NCBI RefSeq assembly: GCF_004217445.1
Contig: NZ_SHKX01000013.1
Location: 451,031-483,030, forward strand
Length of the DNA stretch: 32,000 nucleotides
Source: Fluviicoccus keumensis
Lineage (GTDB): Bacteria > Pseudomonadota > Gammaproteobacteria > Pseudomonadales > Moraxellaceae
Reading direction: 5' to 3'
Position numbers and translations under genes: made by a program. The notes below the pieces were generated by a model. The model was not told the origin of the DNA, did not search any database, and saw nothing but the letters and a program-made list of their open reading frames with translations. The number at the start of each line of letters is the position of its first letter. Within the stretch, counting starts at the first letter, position 1. Below are positions 18,907 to 27,248 of this stretch, piece after piece.

Positions 18907-19440
18907 ATGCGCCTGCAACCCGGCCAAGCCGCGCCTGCCTTCACCGTCACCGATTTCACCGGCGTCTCCCGCAGCCTGAGCGACTATCGCGGCCGGAAAG
19001 TGCTGCTGTCCTTCTACCGCTATGCCTCCTGCCCGTTCTGCAACCTGCGCATCCATCAGCTGCGGCAGCAGGCGGCGGTCTGGGAAGCGAAGGGGCTGGT
19101 GATGCTGGCGGTGTTCCAGTCGCCCGCCGCCTCGATCCTGGAATACAGCGCCGGGGAAACGGTCGAGTTCCCGATCATTCCCGATCCGGAGATGACACTG
19201 TACAAGACCTATGGCGTGGAGAGTTCATGGCTGGCCTTCGCCAAGTCCGGCCTGCGCGCCGCCGATATCGCCAAGGCGACGGCAAAGGGTTTCCTGCCCG
19301 GCAAGGTGGAAGGCGACATGAACCGCGTACCCGCCGACTTCCTGATTGATGAAGCGGGCATCATCCGTACCGCCTTCTATGGCAAGGATATCGGCGACCA
19401 TCTGGCTACGGCGGCCGTGGAGGCCTTCATCGCGGGCTAG
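18907..19440 (+). CDS. Peroxiredoxin-like (AhpC/TSA / redoxin family) protein with CPFC motif
   Basis: Start ATG 18907 lies 8 nt after [22 protein letters not shown]...[20 protein letters not shown] is the typical thioredoxin-fold start. 177 aa. Confidence 0.8.
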   Translation: MRLQPGQAAPAFTVTDFTGVSRSLSDYRGRKVLLSFYRYASCPFCNLRIHQLRQQAAVWEAKGLVMLAVFQSPAASILEYSAGETVEFPIIPDPEMTLYKTYGVESSWLAFAKSGLRAADIAKATAKGFLPGKVEGDMNRVPADFLIDEAGIIRTAFYGKDIGDHLATAAVEAFIAG

Positions 19441-19871
19441 TCCGGCGCAATCGCCGCCGCCTGCATGGCGGCGGCGATGAGGTCCATGTCCGCCGCGCTG
19501 ATTTCCAGCAACCCGAAGCGGAAGGCATAACCCCAATTCTTCTTCCCCGCCGTCAGCTCCAGACGCGCCAGCAGCGGCAGGATCGACGCCTGTCCCACCG
19601 CCAGCCAATCGACATCGCGGCGGAACGGCACAAAACCGCCGCCCATGTCGAAGGGATAAGGCTCACCCGCACGCACCGCGCCCAAGGCGGTGAACGCCTG
19701 CAAGCGGTCCTTGCCGCCAAAGGTGACAGTGGGCGAGTAATAGACCACGCGGTCTCCCGGCCGCAACCGCCGTAGCGGCCCGGCCTTGCCATGGCAGACC
19801 TGCATGAAACCCTCCGCCCGGCCGCGCCGCACATGCTCCGCCGAGGCGACGGCAATCCACGATTTGTTCAT
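19437..19871 (-). CDS. EVE (PUA-like) domain protein
   Basis: 144 aa. [43 protein letters not shown] matches the recalled pattern of stand-alone EVE-domain proteins. Its stop overlaps the redoxin stop (CTAG at 19437-19440). Confidence 0.7.
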   Translation of the reverse strand: MNKSWIAVASAEHVRRGRAEGFMQVCHGKAGPLRRLRPGDRVVYYSPTVTFGGKDRLQAFTALGAVRAGEPYPFDMGGGFVPFRRDVDWLAVGQASILPLLARLELTAGKKNWGYAFRFGLLEISAADMDLIAAAMQAAAIAPD

Positions 19872-19950
19872 GACGATACTCCGGTGATTTGTCCGAAGTC
19901 AGGATGACAGGGCGTGCTGCCAGTTTTTGTCAGCAGGAGGCGGAAAGCGG

Positions 19951-20640
19951 TTACTGGGGGCGCAGTTGTTCCTGCCGCCGCCATTCATGCAGCAATTGCC
20001 GGCGGTGACGGGGATAACGATCGTCCAGGATCCGGACATCGTGCATGCGATCAACCCGGAAATGGCGGAAGGCCTGCCGTTGCTCACACCAGCCGGCCAG
20101 CATCCGCACCTGTTCGAAATACCCCAGCGCCACCGGCCATACCGTGCGCTGCGTGACCTCGCCCCGTGCATCACGGTAGCCGAAGGCCAGCTTGCGTTCA
20201 CTGCGCAGCGCTTGCCGGAGCAGCGTCAGCCGGCTGTCATCAGCATGATCGCCCCCGGTCGGCCCGACCAGCAACGCGGCGCTGTCCGGATCCTGGCGGC
20301 GCTCTTCCGGCAACACCGACAGGATGCGCGACAGGGCGCTGCGCGAGGCCGCCGCCAGCGCCGGATCGCCGTGCTGCGCCACCCAGCGCGACCCCAGAAC
20401 CAGGGCATCGATTTCCTCATCGCTGAACATCAGCGGCGGCAACAGGTAGCCGGGCAAGAGCAGGTAACCCACCCCGGCTTCGCCCTCGATGCGCGCGCCC
20501 TGACCCTGCAGGGTAGCGATATCCCGGTAGAGACTGCGCAGGCTGATGCCCAGTTCGGCGGCCAGTGTCGCGCCGCTGACCGGGTAGCGGTGGCGGCGCA
20601 GGATCTGCATCAGCTGCAGCAGGCGTTCGGTGCGGGTCAC
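19951..20640 (-). CDS. YafY-family transcriptional regulator (HTH + WYL domain)
   Basis: N-terminal HTH: TERLLQLMQILRRHRYPVSGATLAAELGISLRSLYRDIATLQGQGARIEGEAGVGY. The C-terminal WYL-like region is VWPVALGYFEQVRMLAGWCEQRQAFRHFRVDRM. Confidence 0.88.
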   Translation of the reverse strand: MTRTERLLQLMQILRRHRYPVSGATLAAELGISLRSLYRDIATLQGQGARIEGEAGVGYLLLPGYLLPPLMFSDEEIDALVLGSRWVAQHGDPALAAASRSALSRILSVLPEERRQDPDSAALLVGPTGGDHADDSRLTLLRQALRSERKLAFGYRDARGEVTQRTVWPVALGYFEQVRMLAGWCEQRQAFRHFRVDRMHDVRILDDRYPRHRRQLLHEWRRQEQLRPQ

Positions 20641-20644
20641 GGCG

Positions 20645-20980
20645 TCAGGCCTTGGGCGGCAGGGTGGCGGCGAAATCGAGTCCCAGTTTCATCCAGGCGC
20701 GCAGTTCGGACTCGCTTTCCAGCAGGTCGCCGCTGACCACCACCCAGCCTTTCATCGGCCGCCCGGTAAAATCGAATTCGCGCACGCCTTCGCGACCCAG
20801 GCATTCGGCGTAATGCACGGGACCGCAACGCACCATCAGTTCGTCCCCGATGAGGCCAAAGGCCATGTTGCCGTGCAACAGGTACGCCAGACCGCCGAAC
20901 ATGCGTTTGCGGTGCAGCGCGGACCAGTCGCCATAGACGCGGTAAATGCGATCAGCCAGTTCGGTATCGTAAGCCATCAT
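20645..20980 (-). CDS. TfoX/Sxy N-terminal domain family protein
   Basis: 111 aa. RKRMFGGLAYLLHGNMAFGLIGDELMVR is the recalled TfoX_N signature. It ends 4 bp upstream of the yafY-like gene. Confidence 0.75.
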   Translation of the reverse strand: MMAYDTELADRIYRVYGDWSALHRKRMFGGLAYLLHGNMAFGLIGDELMVRCGPVHYAECLGREGVREFDFTGRPMKGWVVVSGDLLESESELRAWMKLGLDFAATLPPKA

Positions 20981-21007
20981 GCCTCATCCGTTGCGTCAGC
21001 CGCACGG

Positions 21008-21478
21008 CTAGCACTTCACCACCGGCACGCAGATCTCACAACTGATCTCGCCGGTGACGGGATTGAAGGCCGCATCCGGCGGCACATATTCATAGGGCGG
21101 CGACCCGGCGTGGCGGTAGCCGCTGTCCGGCAGCCATGCCTCCAGCAACGCCTGCCACACCGCGCCGATCTGCGACGGCTTGCCCTGAAAACGGGTCACG
21201 GCGTACAAACCGCCCGGCAGCGTGGTCAGATGCGCGTTCTGCGTCGGGAAATAGCCCAGCGGCGCTTCCACCCCGGCGTCGTAACGGCACTGTTCCGGCG
21301 GCGTCACGCCAGGGTTGTCCAGACTGATGCCATACCGGCCCCGCCCCAGCAAACCTTCTTCGCGCAACCACTCGTACACCGTGTTGCGCCAGAACGGTTC
21401 GATGCCCGCACCATAAGGTCCGGTGTAGCGCAGGCAGGCGACGGTCACCGGTTTCCGCTCCTTCAGTTCGACGATCAT
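21008..21478 (-). CDS. GyrI-like small-molecule-binding domain protein
   Basis: I chose the ATG at 21478 (MIVELKERKPVTVACLRYTGPYG), preceded by a GGGAGA SD. The fold pattern is ..LPGGLYAVTRFQG....AVWQALLEAWLPDSGY. The tracked start 21517 adds 13 unsupported residues. Confidence 0.75.
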   Translation of the reverse strand: MIVELKERKPVTVACLRYTGPYGAGIEPFWRNTVYEWLREEGLLGRGRYGISLDNPGVTPPEQCRYDAGVEAPLGYFPTQNAHLTTLPGGLYAVTRFQGKPSQIGAVWQALLEAWLPDSGYRHAGSPPYEYVPPDAAFNPVTGEISCEICVPVVKC

Positions 21479-21602
21479 CAAATTCTCCCGACGAACGGCA
21501 GGTGTCGCCCCTTGCAACCCGGCCGTCGCAACCTCATAACCCCCTTCAATACCACAGCCCTACCGTCCGAGGAAGCGCCTGCCGACTGCAGGCCCGCCAT
21601 CC

Positions 21603-22721
21603 ATGAAAATTCGTCCTGTCCTGATCGTGTTCATCAGCCTGCTGGTGCTGTTGCACACCTATATCGGCCTGCGCCTGCTGCCGTGGCTGCCGCTGCCCGC
21701 GCAGGCGCTGGGCCTGCTGATGCTGGCGGCCTCCTGCCTGCTGATGCCGATGGTGCCGCGCTTCTGGCGCACCGACCACCCGCTGCTGATCTGGCTGTCG
21801 ACCCTGTCGATGGGCTTCTTCTCGTGGGTGCTGGTGCTGACCGTGATCCGCGACGCCGCGCTGGGGCTGGCCGGGCTGGCGATGCCGCTGCCCGAAGCCG
21901 TGGTGCGGGACAGCGCGCTGGCCGTGGCCGGACTGTCGGTGCTGGTGACGCTGCTGGGGCTGGTGTTCGCCCGCCGCACCGCCAAGGTGGTGGAGGTGGA
22001 CATTCCGGTCGCGGATTTGCCGCCGGGGCTGGACGGCTTCACCATCGTGCAGATCAGCGATATCCATGTCGGGCCGACCATCAAGGGCAATTACCTGGAA
22101 GCCATCGTAGCGCGGGTGAACAGCCTGGAAGCGGATGTGGTGGCGATTACCGGCGATCTGGTCGACGGCAGCGTCGAGGACCTGTCGGCGCACACGGCGT
22201 CGCTGGCGAACATCAACGCCCGCCACGGCACCTTCTTCGTTACCGGCAACCACGAGTACTACTCCGGCGCGCACGCCTGGGTGGTGGAGCTGCGGCGGCT
22301 GGGGGTGACCGTGCTGATCAACGAACATGTGGCGCTGGATCACGACGGCCATCCGGTCACGCTGGCCGGCGTCACCGACTATTCAGCCCACCTGTTTGAC
22401 GAGGCGCATCGCAGCGACCCGCACCGCGCGCTGGCGGGCGCGCCGGAACAGGGACCGAAACTGCTGCTGGCGCACCAGCCGCGCTCGGCGGCGGCGGCCG
22501 AGGCGGCGGGTTTTGATGTGCAACTGTCGGGGCATACCCACGGCGGGCAGTTCTGGCCGTGGAACCACTTCGTACCCTTGCAGCAACCGTTCGTGGCGGG
22601 GTTGAAACAGTTGGGCGGCCTGTGGGTGTACACCAGCCGCGGCACTGGCTACTGGGGGCCGCCGATGCGCTTCGGCGCGCCGTCGGAGATTACGCGCGTG
22701 CGGCTGCGGCGGGCAGTCTAG
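21603..22721 (+). CDS. Membrane-anchored metallophosphoesterase
   Basis: N-terminal hydrophobic helices are followed by calcineurin-like motifs SDIHVGP, TGDLVDG, GNHEYY and GHTHGGQ. Confidence 0.88.
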   Translation: MKIRPVLIVFISLLVLLHTYIGLRLLPWLPLPAQALGLLMLAASCLLMPMVPRFWRTDHPLLIWLSTLSMGFFSWVLVLTVIRDAALGLAGLAMPLPEAVVRDSALAVAGLSVLVTLLGLVFARRTAKVVEVDIPVADLPPGLDGFTIVQISDIHVGPTIKGNYLEAIVARVNSLEADVVAITGDLVDGSVEDLSAHTASLANINARHGTFFVTGNHEYYSGAHAWVVELRRLGVTVLINEHVALDHDGHPVTLAGVTDYSAHLFDEAHRSDPHRALAGAPEQGPKLLLAHQPRSAAAAEAAGFDVQLSGHTHGGQFWPWNHFVPLQQPFVAGLKQLGGLWVYTSRGTGYWGPPMRFGAPSEITRVRLRRAV

Positions 22722-22730
22722 CCGACGCGC

Positions 22731-23735
22731 TCATTCCGACTGTCGCCGCCGATAGCGCAGCGGCGACATGCCCGACCAGGACTTGAAGGCCCGGCTGAAC
22801 GCGCTCTGTTCGGCAAACCCCAGCAGCAGGGCGATCTCGGGCAACGCCAGCAACGGATTACGCAGGTAGTCCTTCGCCAGTTCATAGCGCAGGGAGTTGA
22901 GAACCTGCTTGTAGCGCAGCCCGCGTTCACGCAGTTGCCTGTACAGCGAGCGCTCGGAAATCCCAAGACGCTCCGCCACATACGCCAGCTCCGGCTGGCC
23001 GTCCTGCAATACCGACATGATCTGCTGCTGCAATGACTGCAGCAGGGCGTCACTGGTCGGTATGGATTTCAGCGCCGCTTCCGCCTGCTGTTCCAGCAAT
23101 TGCACCAGGAAGGGGTCATAACGGTTCAAGGACTGGTTCAGGCACCTGACCGGCAGGTGAATAGCCTGCCTGAGGGCGTTAAAGACCGGCGGCAACCCGA
23201 AAAAGGCTTCATACGGTGACGTATCCGGTGGCGGCGGATAGCGGAACTCCACCCGCGCCACCGGCTTCTCACAACCCTCCAGGAACTGGCATAGCAGCGT
23301 ATACAGCCCGGCCGCCAGAAGCTCGTCCACGACCAGTGTGGAGTCTCCGTGGTCCCAGGTCAGCACCACATCATCCCCTTCAACGGACACTGCAGACGGT
23401 GTCAGGTTGTGCAGCAGCGGCTCCAGCCGGTTGAAACGCATCAGGGCATGCATGGCCGTACCGGAATACATCGCCACATAACCGACCACACCGATGTGAT
23501 GAGGACGAATGCAGCGCCCGATTTCCAGCCCGAGCGCCGGCAAAACGCAGGACTCCCGAATCGCCTCGATAGCACGCCACCATTCCCGGAACGGAATGAT
23601 GCGCTGCGCCGCCAGATCCAGTAATTGCTGGCGCAACGCCGGCAACTCCAGTCCCTGCCGGCCCATGAAGTCCAGCAACAACGCAGCGGCGGTACCGGCG
23701 ACATACATGGCCGGGGGCTCACAAGGGTCAAACAT
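22731..23735 (-). CDS. AraC-family transcriptional regulator with N-terminal ligand-binding domain
   Basis: 334 aa. C-terminal double HTH: LAYVAERLGISERSLYRQLRERGLRYKQVLNSLRYELAKDYL ... IALLLGFAEQSAFSRAFKSWSGMSPLRYR. Confidence 0.88.
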   Translation of the reverse strand: MFDPCEPPAMYVAGTAAALLLDFMGRQGLELPALRQQLLDLAAQRIIPFREWWRAIEAIRESCVLPALGLEIGRCIRPHHIGVVGYVAMYSGTAMHALMRFNRLEPLLHNLTPSAVSVEGDDVVLTWDHGDSTLVVDELLAAGLYTLLCQFLEGCEKPVARVEFRYPPPPDTSPYEAFFGLPPVFNALRQAIHLPVRCLNQSLNRYDPFLVQLLEQQAEAALKSIPTSDALLQSLQQQIMSVLQDGQPELAYVAERLGISERSLYRQLRERGLRYKQVLNSLRYELAKDYLRNPLLALPEIALLLGFAEQSAFSRAFKSWSGMSPLRYRRRQSE

Positions 23736-23919
23736 GCGGCTATCTGTCTCCTCGTCTTAGGCGGCGGAAAATCCTTGATGTCACCGGAAACACTTGCTCC
23801 CGCATGGCGGGCGGCGATTATCCGGATATCGGGGTTGAGGAATCGTTTGCGCCGATCACGTCGCAACTACCGGCGTCCATCCAACAAATCATCGACAATC
23901 CCGGAAGCCCGGCAGGTCT

Positions 23920-23947
23920 GGTCAAGAAAGTGACGGTACGGTCAAGA
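23920..23947. promoter_or_regulatory. Direct repeat GGTCAAGA x2 with 20-bp register in the AraC / small-ORF divergent region
   Basis: ggtcaaga at 23920-23927 and 23940-23947 (read directly). This is about 80-100 bp upstream of the ATG at 24028. Confidence 0.3.
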
Positions 23948-24027
23948 CAGCCCGGAACGGCGGCGCGATCATGACCGGACGCCGGATTCCCCTCCGGCGG
24001 CGCCCCTCATCTGTCCGGAGGAACCCG

Positions 24028-24306
24028 ATGACCATCGCCCGTATCCGCCTGCTGCAAAATCTCTGTCGGTTCTGCCTCATCACCGCCATGCTGATGCTGC
24101 CGGGATTCCTGGTAGAGAATCTCTGCCTGAGCAACGGGATGGTGATGATCCTGATCGCAGCGCTGGCGGCCGGAGCCGTGCTGACGGTGGTGATCCGCCG
24201 CCTGCGCTGCCCGGTCTGCAGCCATATTTTTGTCGGCCGGGAACATGTCGTCCTCTTCACCGTGACCTGCTGCAATTGCGGGCGGCGGGCAGGTGATACC
24301 GCCTGA
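24028..24306 (+). CDS. Small membrane protein with C-terminal CxxC...CxxC, function unknown
   Basis: ATG 24028 lies 5 nt after GGAGGA. There are two hydrophobic segments, then RCPVCSHIF...VTCCNCGRR. The tracked start 23971 gives an Arg-rich extension with no SD. Confidence 0.55.
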   Translation: MTIARIRLLQNLCRFCLITAMLMLPGFLVENLCLSNGMVMILIAALAAGAVLTVVIRRLRCPVCSHIFVGREHVVLFTVTCCNCGRRAGDTA

Positions 24307-24312
24307 GCGGGC

Positions 24313-24693
24313 CTAAAGCGGCAACCGCGCCAACGCTGCCCGCAAGTGATCCCCCAGCGACGGCATCTCCGCCAGGTAATAGCTCAGGGAAGGGTGATAG
24401 GAGGATTCGGCGTGATGGCGAAGCTGGTCGATCGGGGCATCGCCGCGACCAAACCAGGCCAGCGCCGCCAACTCGGCGACCGCCGATGGCTGCAAACGCT
24501 GGAGGTAACGCAGCAAGGCGATACCGGCGGGAGACAGCCGGGCAACCATCTGCCGGTCAAACTGTTCATGGTCGATAAACAGGGGAAGGATATCGTGAGC
24601 GTCGGGAACCACAGGCGGTCCATGGCGCTCTTTCTCGTCAGCCAGGCGGCAAACCGCACTGACGTCGGACAACAAAAGGCTCATGAATTTCAT
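24313..24693 (-). CDS. DUF3775-like protein
   Basis: I chose the ATG at 24693 (MKFMSLLLSD...). The block VAELAALAWFGRGD fits my recollection of the DUF3775 signature (..LvALmWiGRGD). 126 aa. The family assignment is from memory only. Confidence 0.55.
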   Translation of the reverse strand: MKFMSLLLSDVSAVCRLADEKERHGPPVVPDAHDILPLFIDHEQFDRQMVARLSPAGIALLRYLQRLQPSAVAELAALAWFGRGDAPIDQLRHHAESSYHPSLSYYLAEMPSLGDHLRAALARLPL

Positions 24694-24987
24694 CCCCGCT
24701 TCCCTTCCCCCTGTCCGCCCCGGGCGGATTGTCCTCACCCCGCAAGGGTCTGACGCCCGCTCGGAAATGGAACACGGCTCGCCGGACTTCCGACAAAAGC
24801 CATACAAAATGCTGGTATTAATGATCCTCCCTCGGGATTAACGGCGTATTGACGGCCCCTGCCGATTTTTGACCAGGACTGCCATTCAGCCCAACTGCTT
24901 TGTAACGGCGGCCGGAGGAAGCGGAGGCAGCCGCCCCGGCGCTCGGTTACACTGTGCACCCGCTATCACTGAATCAAGGACGTAGCC

Positions 24988-25575
24988 GTGACGGACAACC
25001 TCTACGCACCGCCCAAAACCATCACCGCCATCGACGCCGGGCAAGATAACGCCCAAACCTTCTACGTCGTTTCACCGCGGAAACTGGCCATCCTGTTCTG
25101 GGGTACTTTCGGCAACTACGTGCTGTATCTGTTTTACAAGAACTGGGCCTTGCAGAAGCAGGCCACCGGCGCGGACATCATGCCGGTCATGCGCGGCCTC
25201 TTTTCGATTTTCTTCGTCCTCGACCTGTATCAGCTGGCCGACAAGCGGCTGACTGAAAAAGGCGAAACGCATCCCTGGGATATCCACAGCCTGGCGACCA
25301 AATACATTGTGCTGGTGATCGGCAAGAACGTGCTGGAACGGATCACGATCAGCCAACCCTTCCCGCAATTGCTGGCACTGGGGATGCTGTACGGGGTTTA
25401 CCGCACCCTCGCCCAAGCCCAGAACGGCCTGAACCTGGCTGCCGGTGATGCCGAAGGCACGTCCAACCATAAGCTGACCGCCGCCAATTACGTCTGGATT
25501 GTGCTGGGAGTGGCGCTATGGGTCATCGTCATCCTCGGCTTGCTCAGCATGGTCTGGCCCGGGTTACTGAAGTGA
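24988..25575 (+). CDS. Integral membrane protein, function unknown
   Basis: GTG start follows an AAGGAC SD-like sequence. 195 aa with several hydrophobic helices (e.g. YVWIVLGVALWVIVILGLLSMVW). Codons are GC3-biased. Confidence 0.6.
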   Translation: MTDNLYAPPKTITAIDAGQDNAQTFYVVSPRKLAILFWGTFGNYVLYLFYKNWALQKQATGADIMPVMRGLFSIFFVLDLYQLADKRLTEKGETHPWDIHSLATKYIVLVIGKNVLERITISQPFPQLLALGMLYGVYRTLAQAQNGLNLAAGDAEGTSNHKLTAANYVWIVLGVALWVIVILGLLSMVWPGLLK

Positions 25576-25616
25576 AACCCCGCCATACCGCAACGTCCTG
25601 ATATCACCGCTGGGTG

Positions 25617-26567
25617 TCAGGAAACCGGCCGGGGCTGAAACAAGACCCGCAGCCACTCCCGCAACAGGGCGGCGCGGTTGATCAGCAGGGAACCGAAAAT
25701 CAGCGAGCAGCCCGCCAGCTGCACGCCGCCCATGGTTTCCCCCAGCCAGGCCACCGCCAGCAGCGCCACCCACACCGGCTCCACCACCATGATCACCACG
25801 CCATGCGTATGGCCGGACAGGCTTTGCGCGTGCGTCTGCAACAGGAAGCGCATGGCGGTGCCGATCACGGCGCTGGCCGCGATCCAGCCGCCCATGGCCG
25901 GGGTGAAATGACCGAACACGGGCGTCCAGGCCTCGAAGGCCAGCGACAGGACGCCGGACACCAGGCCCACCATGGCCAGCACCACCGAGGTCAAGGCAAT
26001 GGCGGGCACGCCGGGAACGTGCTTGTGGCTGCCGTCCGGACGGCGATGCTGGCGGGCGTTGGCCGCCTGCATGTTCAAACGGAAAAACAGGGCGAACAGC
26101 ACGGCGGAGGTGACGTAGAACACCTGCCCCGCCTCGGGACGGAAACCGTGGCGCAGGGACAGCAGGCCGAGGCCCGCGGCCGCCACCGGCAGCGCAATCC
26201 ACGTACTGCGCGGCGGTCGCTCGCCGAAGAACAGCCGCCCCATCACCGGCACCAGCACTACGCCCAGACTGGTGAGGAACGCGCCCTCGCCGACGTGACT
26301 GCCGGTGAAGATGCCCATGACCCAACAGCTCATGGCCACCGCGAATACCAGTCCGACCCCGATGCTGCGGCGCAGGGCATGACGATCCAGACTGCGCAGG
26401 GTGCGGTGGCCGATGGCGGCCAGCAACGCCGACGCCAGCAGGAAGCGCAGGCACATGAACAGCAGCGGCGGCATCAGCAGCACCGCCTCGCGCGACATGA
26501 TCCAGCTGACGGCGGCCAGCAGGGTGACGCCGACGAGCATGAGGTCGGATTTGGCGGCGGGGGTCAT
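25617..26567 (-). CDS. DMT-superfamily (EamA-like) transporter
   Basis: I chose the ATG at 26567 (MTPAAKSDLMLVGVTLLAAVSWIMSRE). It is a polytopic membrane protein with two EamA-like halves. The tracked start 26693 adds a non-membrane extension. Confidence 0.8.
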   Translation of the reverse strand: MTPAAKSDLMLVGVTLLAAVSWIMSREAVLLMPPLLFMCLRFLLASALLAAIGHRTLRSLDRHALRRSIGVGLVFAVAMSCWVMGIFTGSHVGEGAFLTSLGVVLVPVMGRLFFGERPPRSTWIALPVAAAGLGLLSLRHGFRPEAGQVFYVTSAVLFALFFRLNMQAANARQHRRPDGSHKHVPGVPAIALTSVVLAMVGLVSGVLSLAFEAWTPVFGHFTPAMGGWIAASAVIGTAMRFLLQTHAQSLSGHTHGVVIMVVEPVWVALLAVAWLGETMGGVQLAGCSLIFGSLLINRAALLREWLRVLFQPRPVS

Positions 26568-26728
26568 GGGATAGGGCACCGGCACGGACGGGCTGCCATT
26601 GTGCGGTATCCGTGCGGGAAAATCATCGAGACGTTGGGAGGGGGGAGCCTGGCTTAGCCGGACAAACCGTACATTCAGCGATGAAGGGCGCACGCAGTGC
26701 GTCCCTACGGGATTGCCGGGAGTTGAAG

Positions 26729-26757
26729 TTGACCGGGTTGGCGGGGGCTGCTAGCGT
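26729..26757 (+). promoter_or_regulatory. Promoter-like TTGACC-N17-TAGCGT inside repeat copy 1
   Basis: TTGACC at 26729-26734 and TAGCGT at 26752-26757. The same arrangement is conserved in copy 2 (TTGACG 30239-30244, N18, TAGCTT 30263-30268). The -10 is weak, so this is a hypothesis only. Confidence 0.3.
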
Positions 26758-26786
26758 TGTTGCATTCCGTCCCATGGATTTAGTTC

Positions 26787-26904
26787 GCCTAACAAGGTGA
26801 GGCTTCCTGCCAAGCAGCTAATTTTAAAGGCAAATTATGGGGACTCATTCCTGTTTAGGCGAACGGTTTGATATGCGAACTCTGTCGCCGAAATATAGTT
26901 GGGC
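26787..26904 (+). other. attC site (long type, 118 bp), left-most in the array
   Basis: Inverse core GCCTAAC at 26787-26793 and core GTTGGGC at 26898-26904. It contains an internal imperfect inverted repeat TTCGCCTAACA / TGTTTAGGCGAA. I could not resolve the L boxes by hand. Confidence 0.6.
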
Positions 26905-27180
26905 ACCAAAATCGTGGATGTTGATGAAATAGCTCTGTTCGAAAATCTACTTGATTCGTTTGACAGACTTTACGATCAAGAATCGAGTGTTGTAGACATT
27001 TATGCGCTTCTGTTTGCCACAACCAAGGCACTACCTAATTCATCGTTTGCAGTACTCTTAAACACCACTACATCCGAACTTTTGAAAATTGTTCGATCTG
27101 GCTGCTCAGTCGAAGAGCAAAATAGCATTGTGCTTGATATTGTTCAGCCACTTCGCGAGGTAATCGCTGCTGTTGTTTAA
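26899..27180 (+). CDS. Cassette 1 ORF: small acidic helical protein, unknown function
   Basis: This is the only sizeable ORF in the 469-bp cassette (26899-27367) and shares the array's orientation. The start is uncertain (TTG 26899 inside the core, or GTG 26914) and there is no SD. I recognised no family. Confidence 0.45.
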   Translation: MGTKIVDVDEIALFENLLDSFDRLYDQESSVVDIYALLFATTKALPNSSFAVLLNTTTSELLKIVRSGCSVEEQNSIVLDIVQPLREVIAAVV

Positions 27181-27248
27181 GTTATTGAGGCGTGTGCTAT
27201 AGAGCTTTAAACTGACCCTAGTTGTCCAAAGCTTTTAGCGCTGCACTT

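Larger units (their letters stand above)
26722..26910 (+). repeat. Copy 1 of an ~190-bp module (promoter-like box + long attC)
   Basis: In an ungapped hand alignment, 26781-26909 versus 30292-30420 gives 114/129 identical (88%). Weaker similarity (about 60%) extends roughly 58 bp further upstream, to GTTGAC at 26728 and 30238. Confidence 0.85.

Noticed and set aside
20630-22399. 589-aa plus-strand ORF across the TfoX / GyrI-like / phosphoesterase region
   Set aside because: It overlaps three ORFs with recognisable domains on their own frames. Its composition is Arg/Ala/Gly/Pro-rich shadow.
26851-26864. Internal GTTTAGGC (also at 30363-30370) as the recombination core of the long attC
   Set aside because: It has an extra T relative to GTTRRRY. 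The complementarity rule also shows that the next cassettes start at 26899 and 30410, about 45 bp further on. It is kept only as an alternative pairing partner in the finding on the ~190-bp module.
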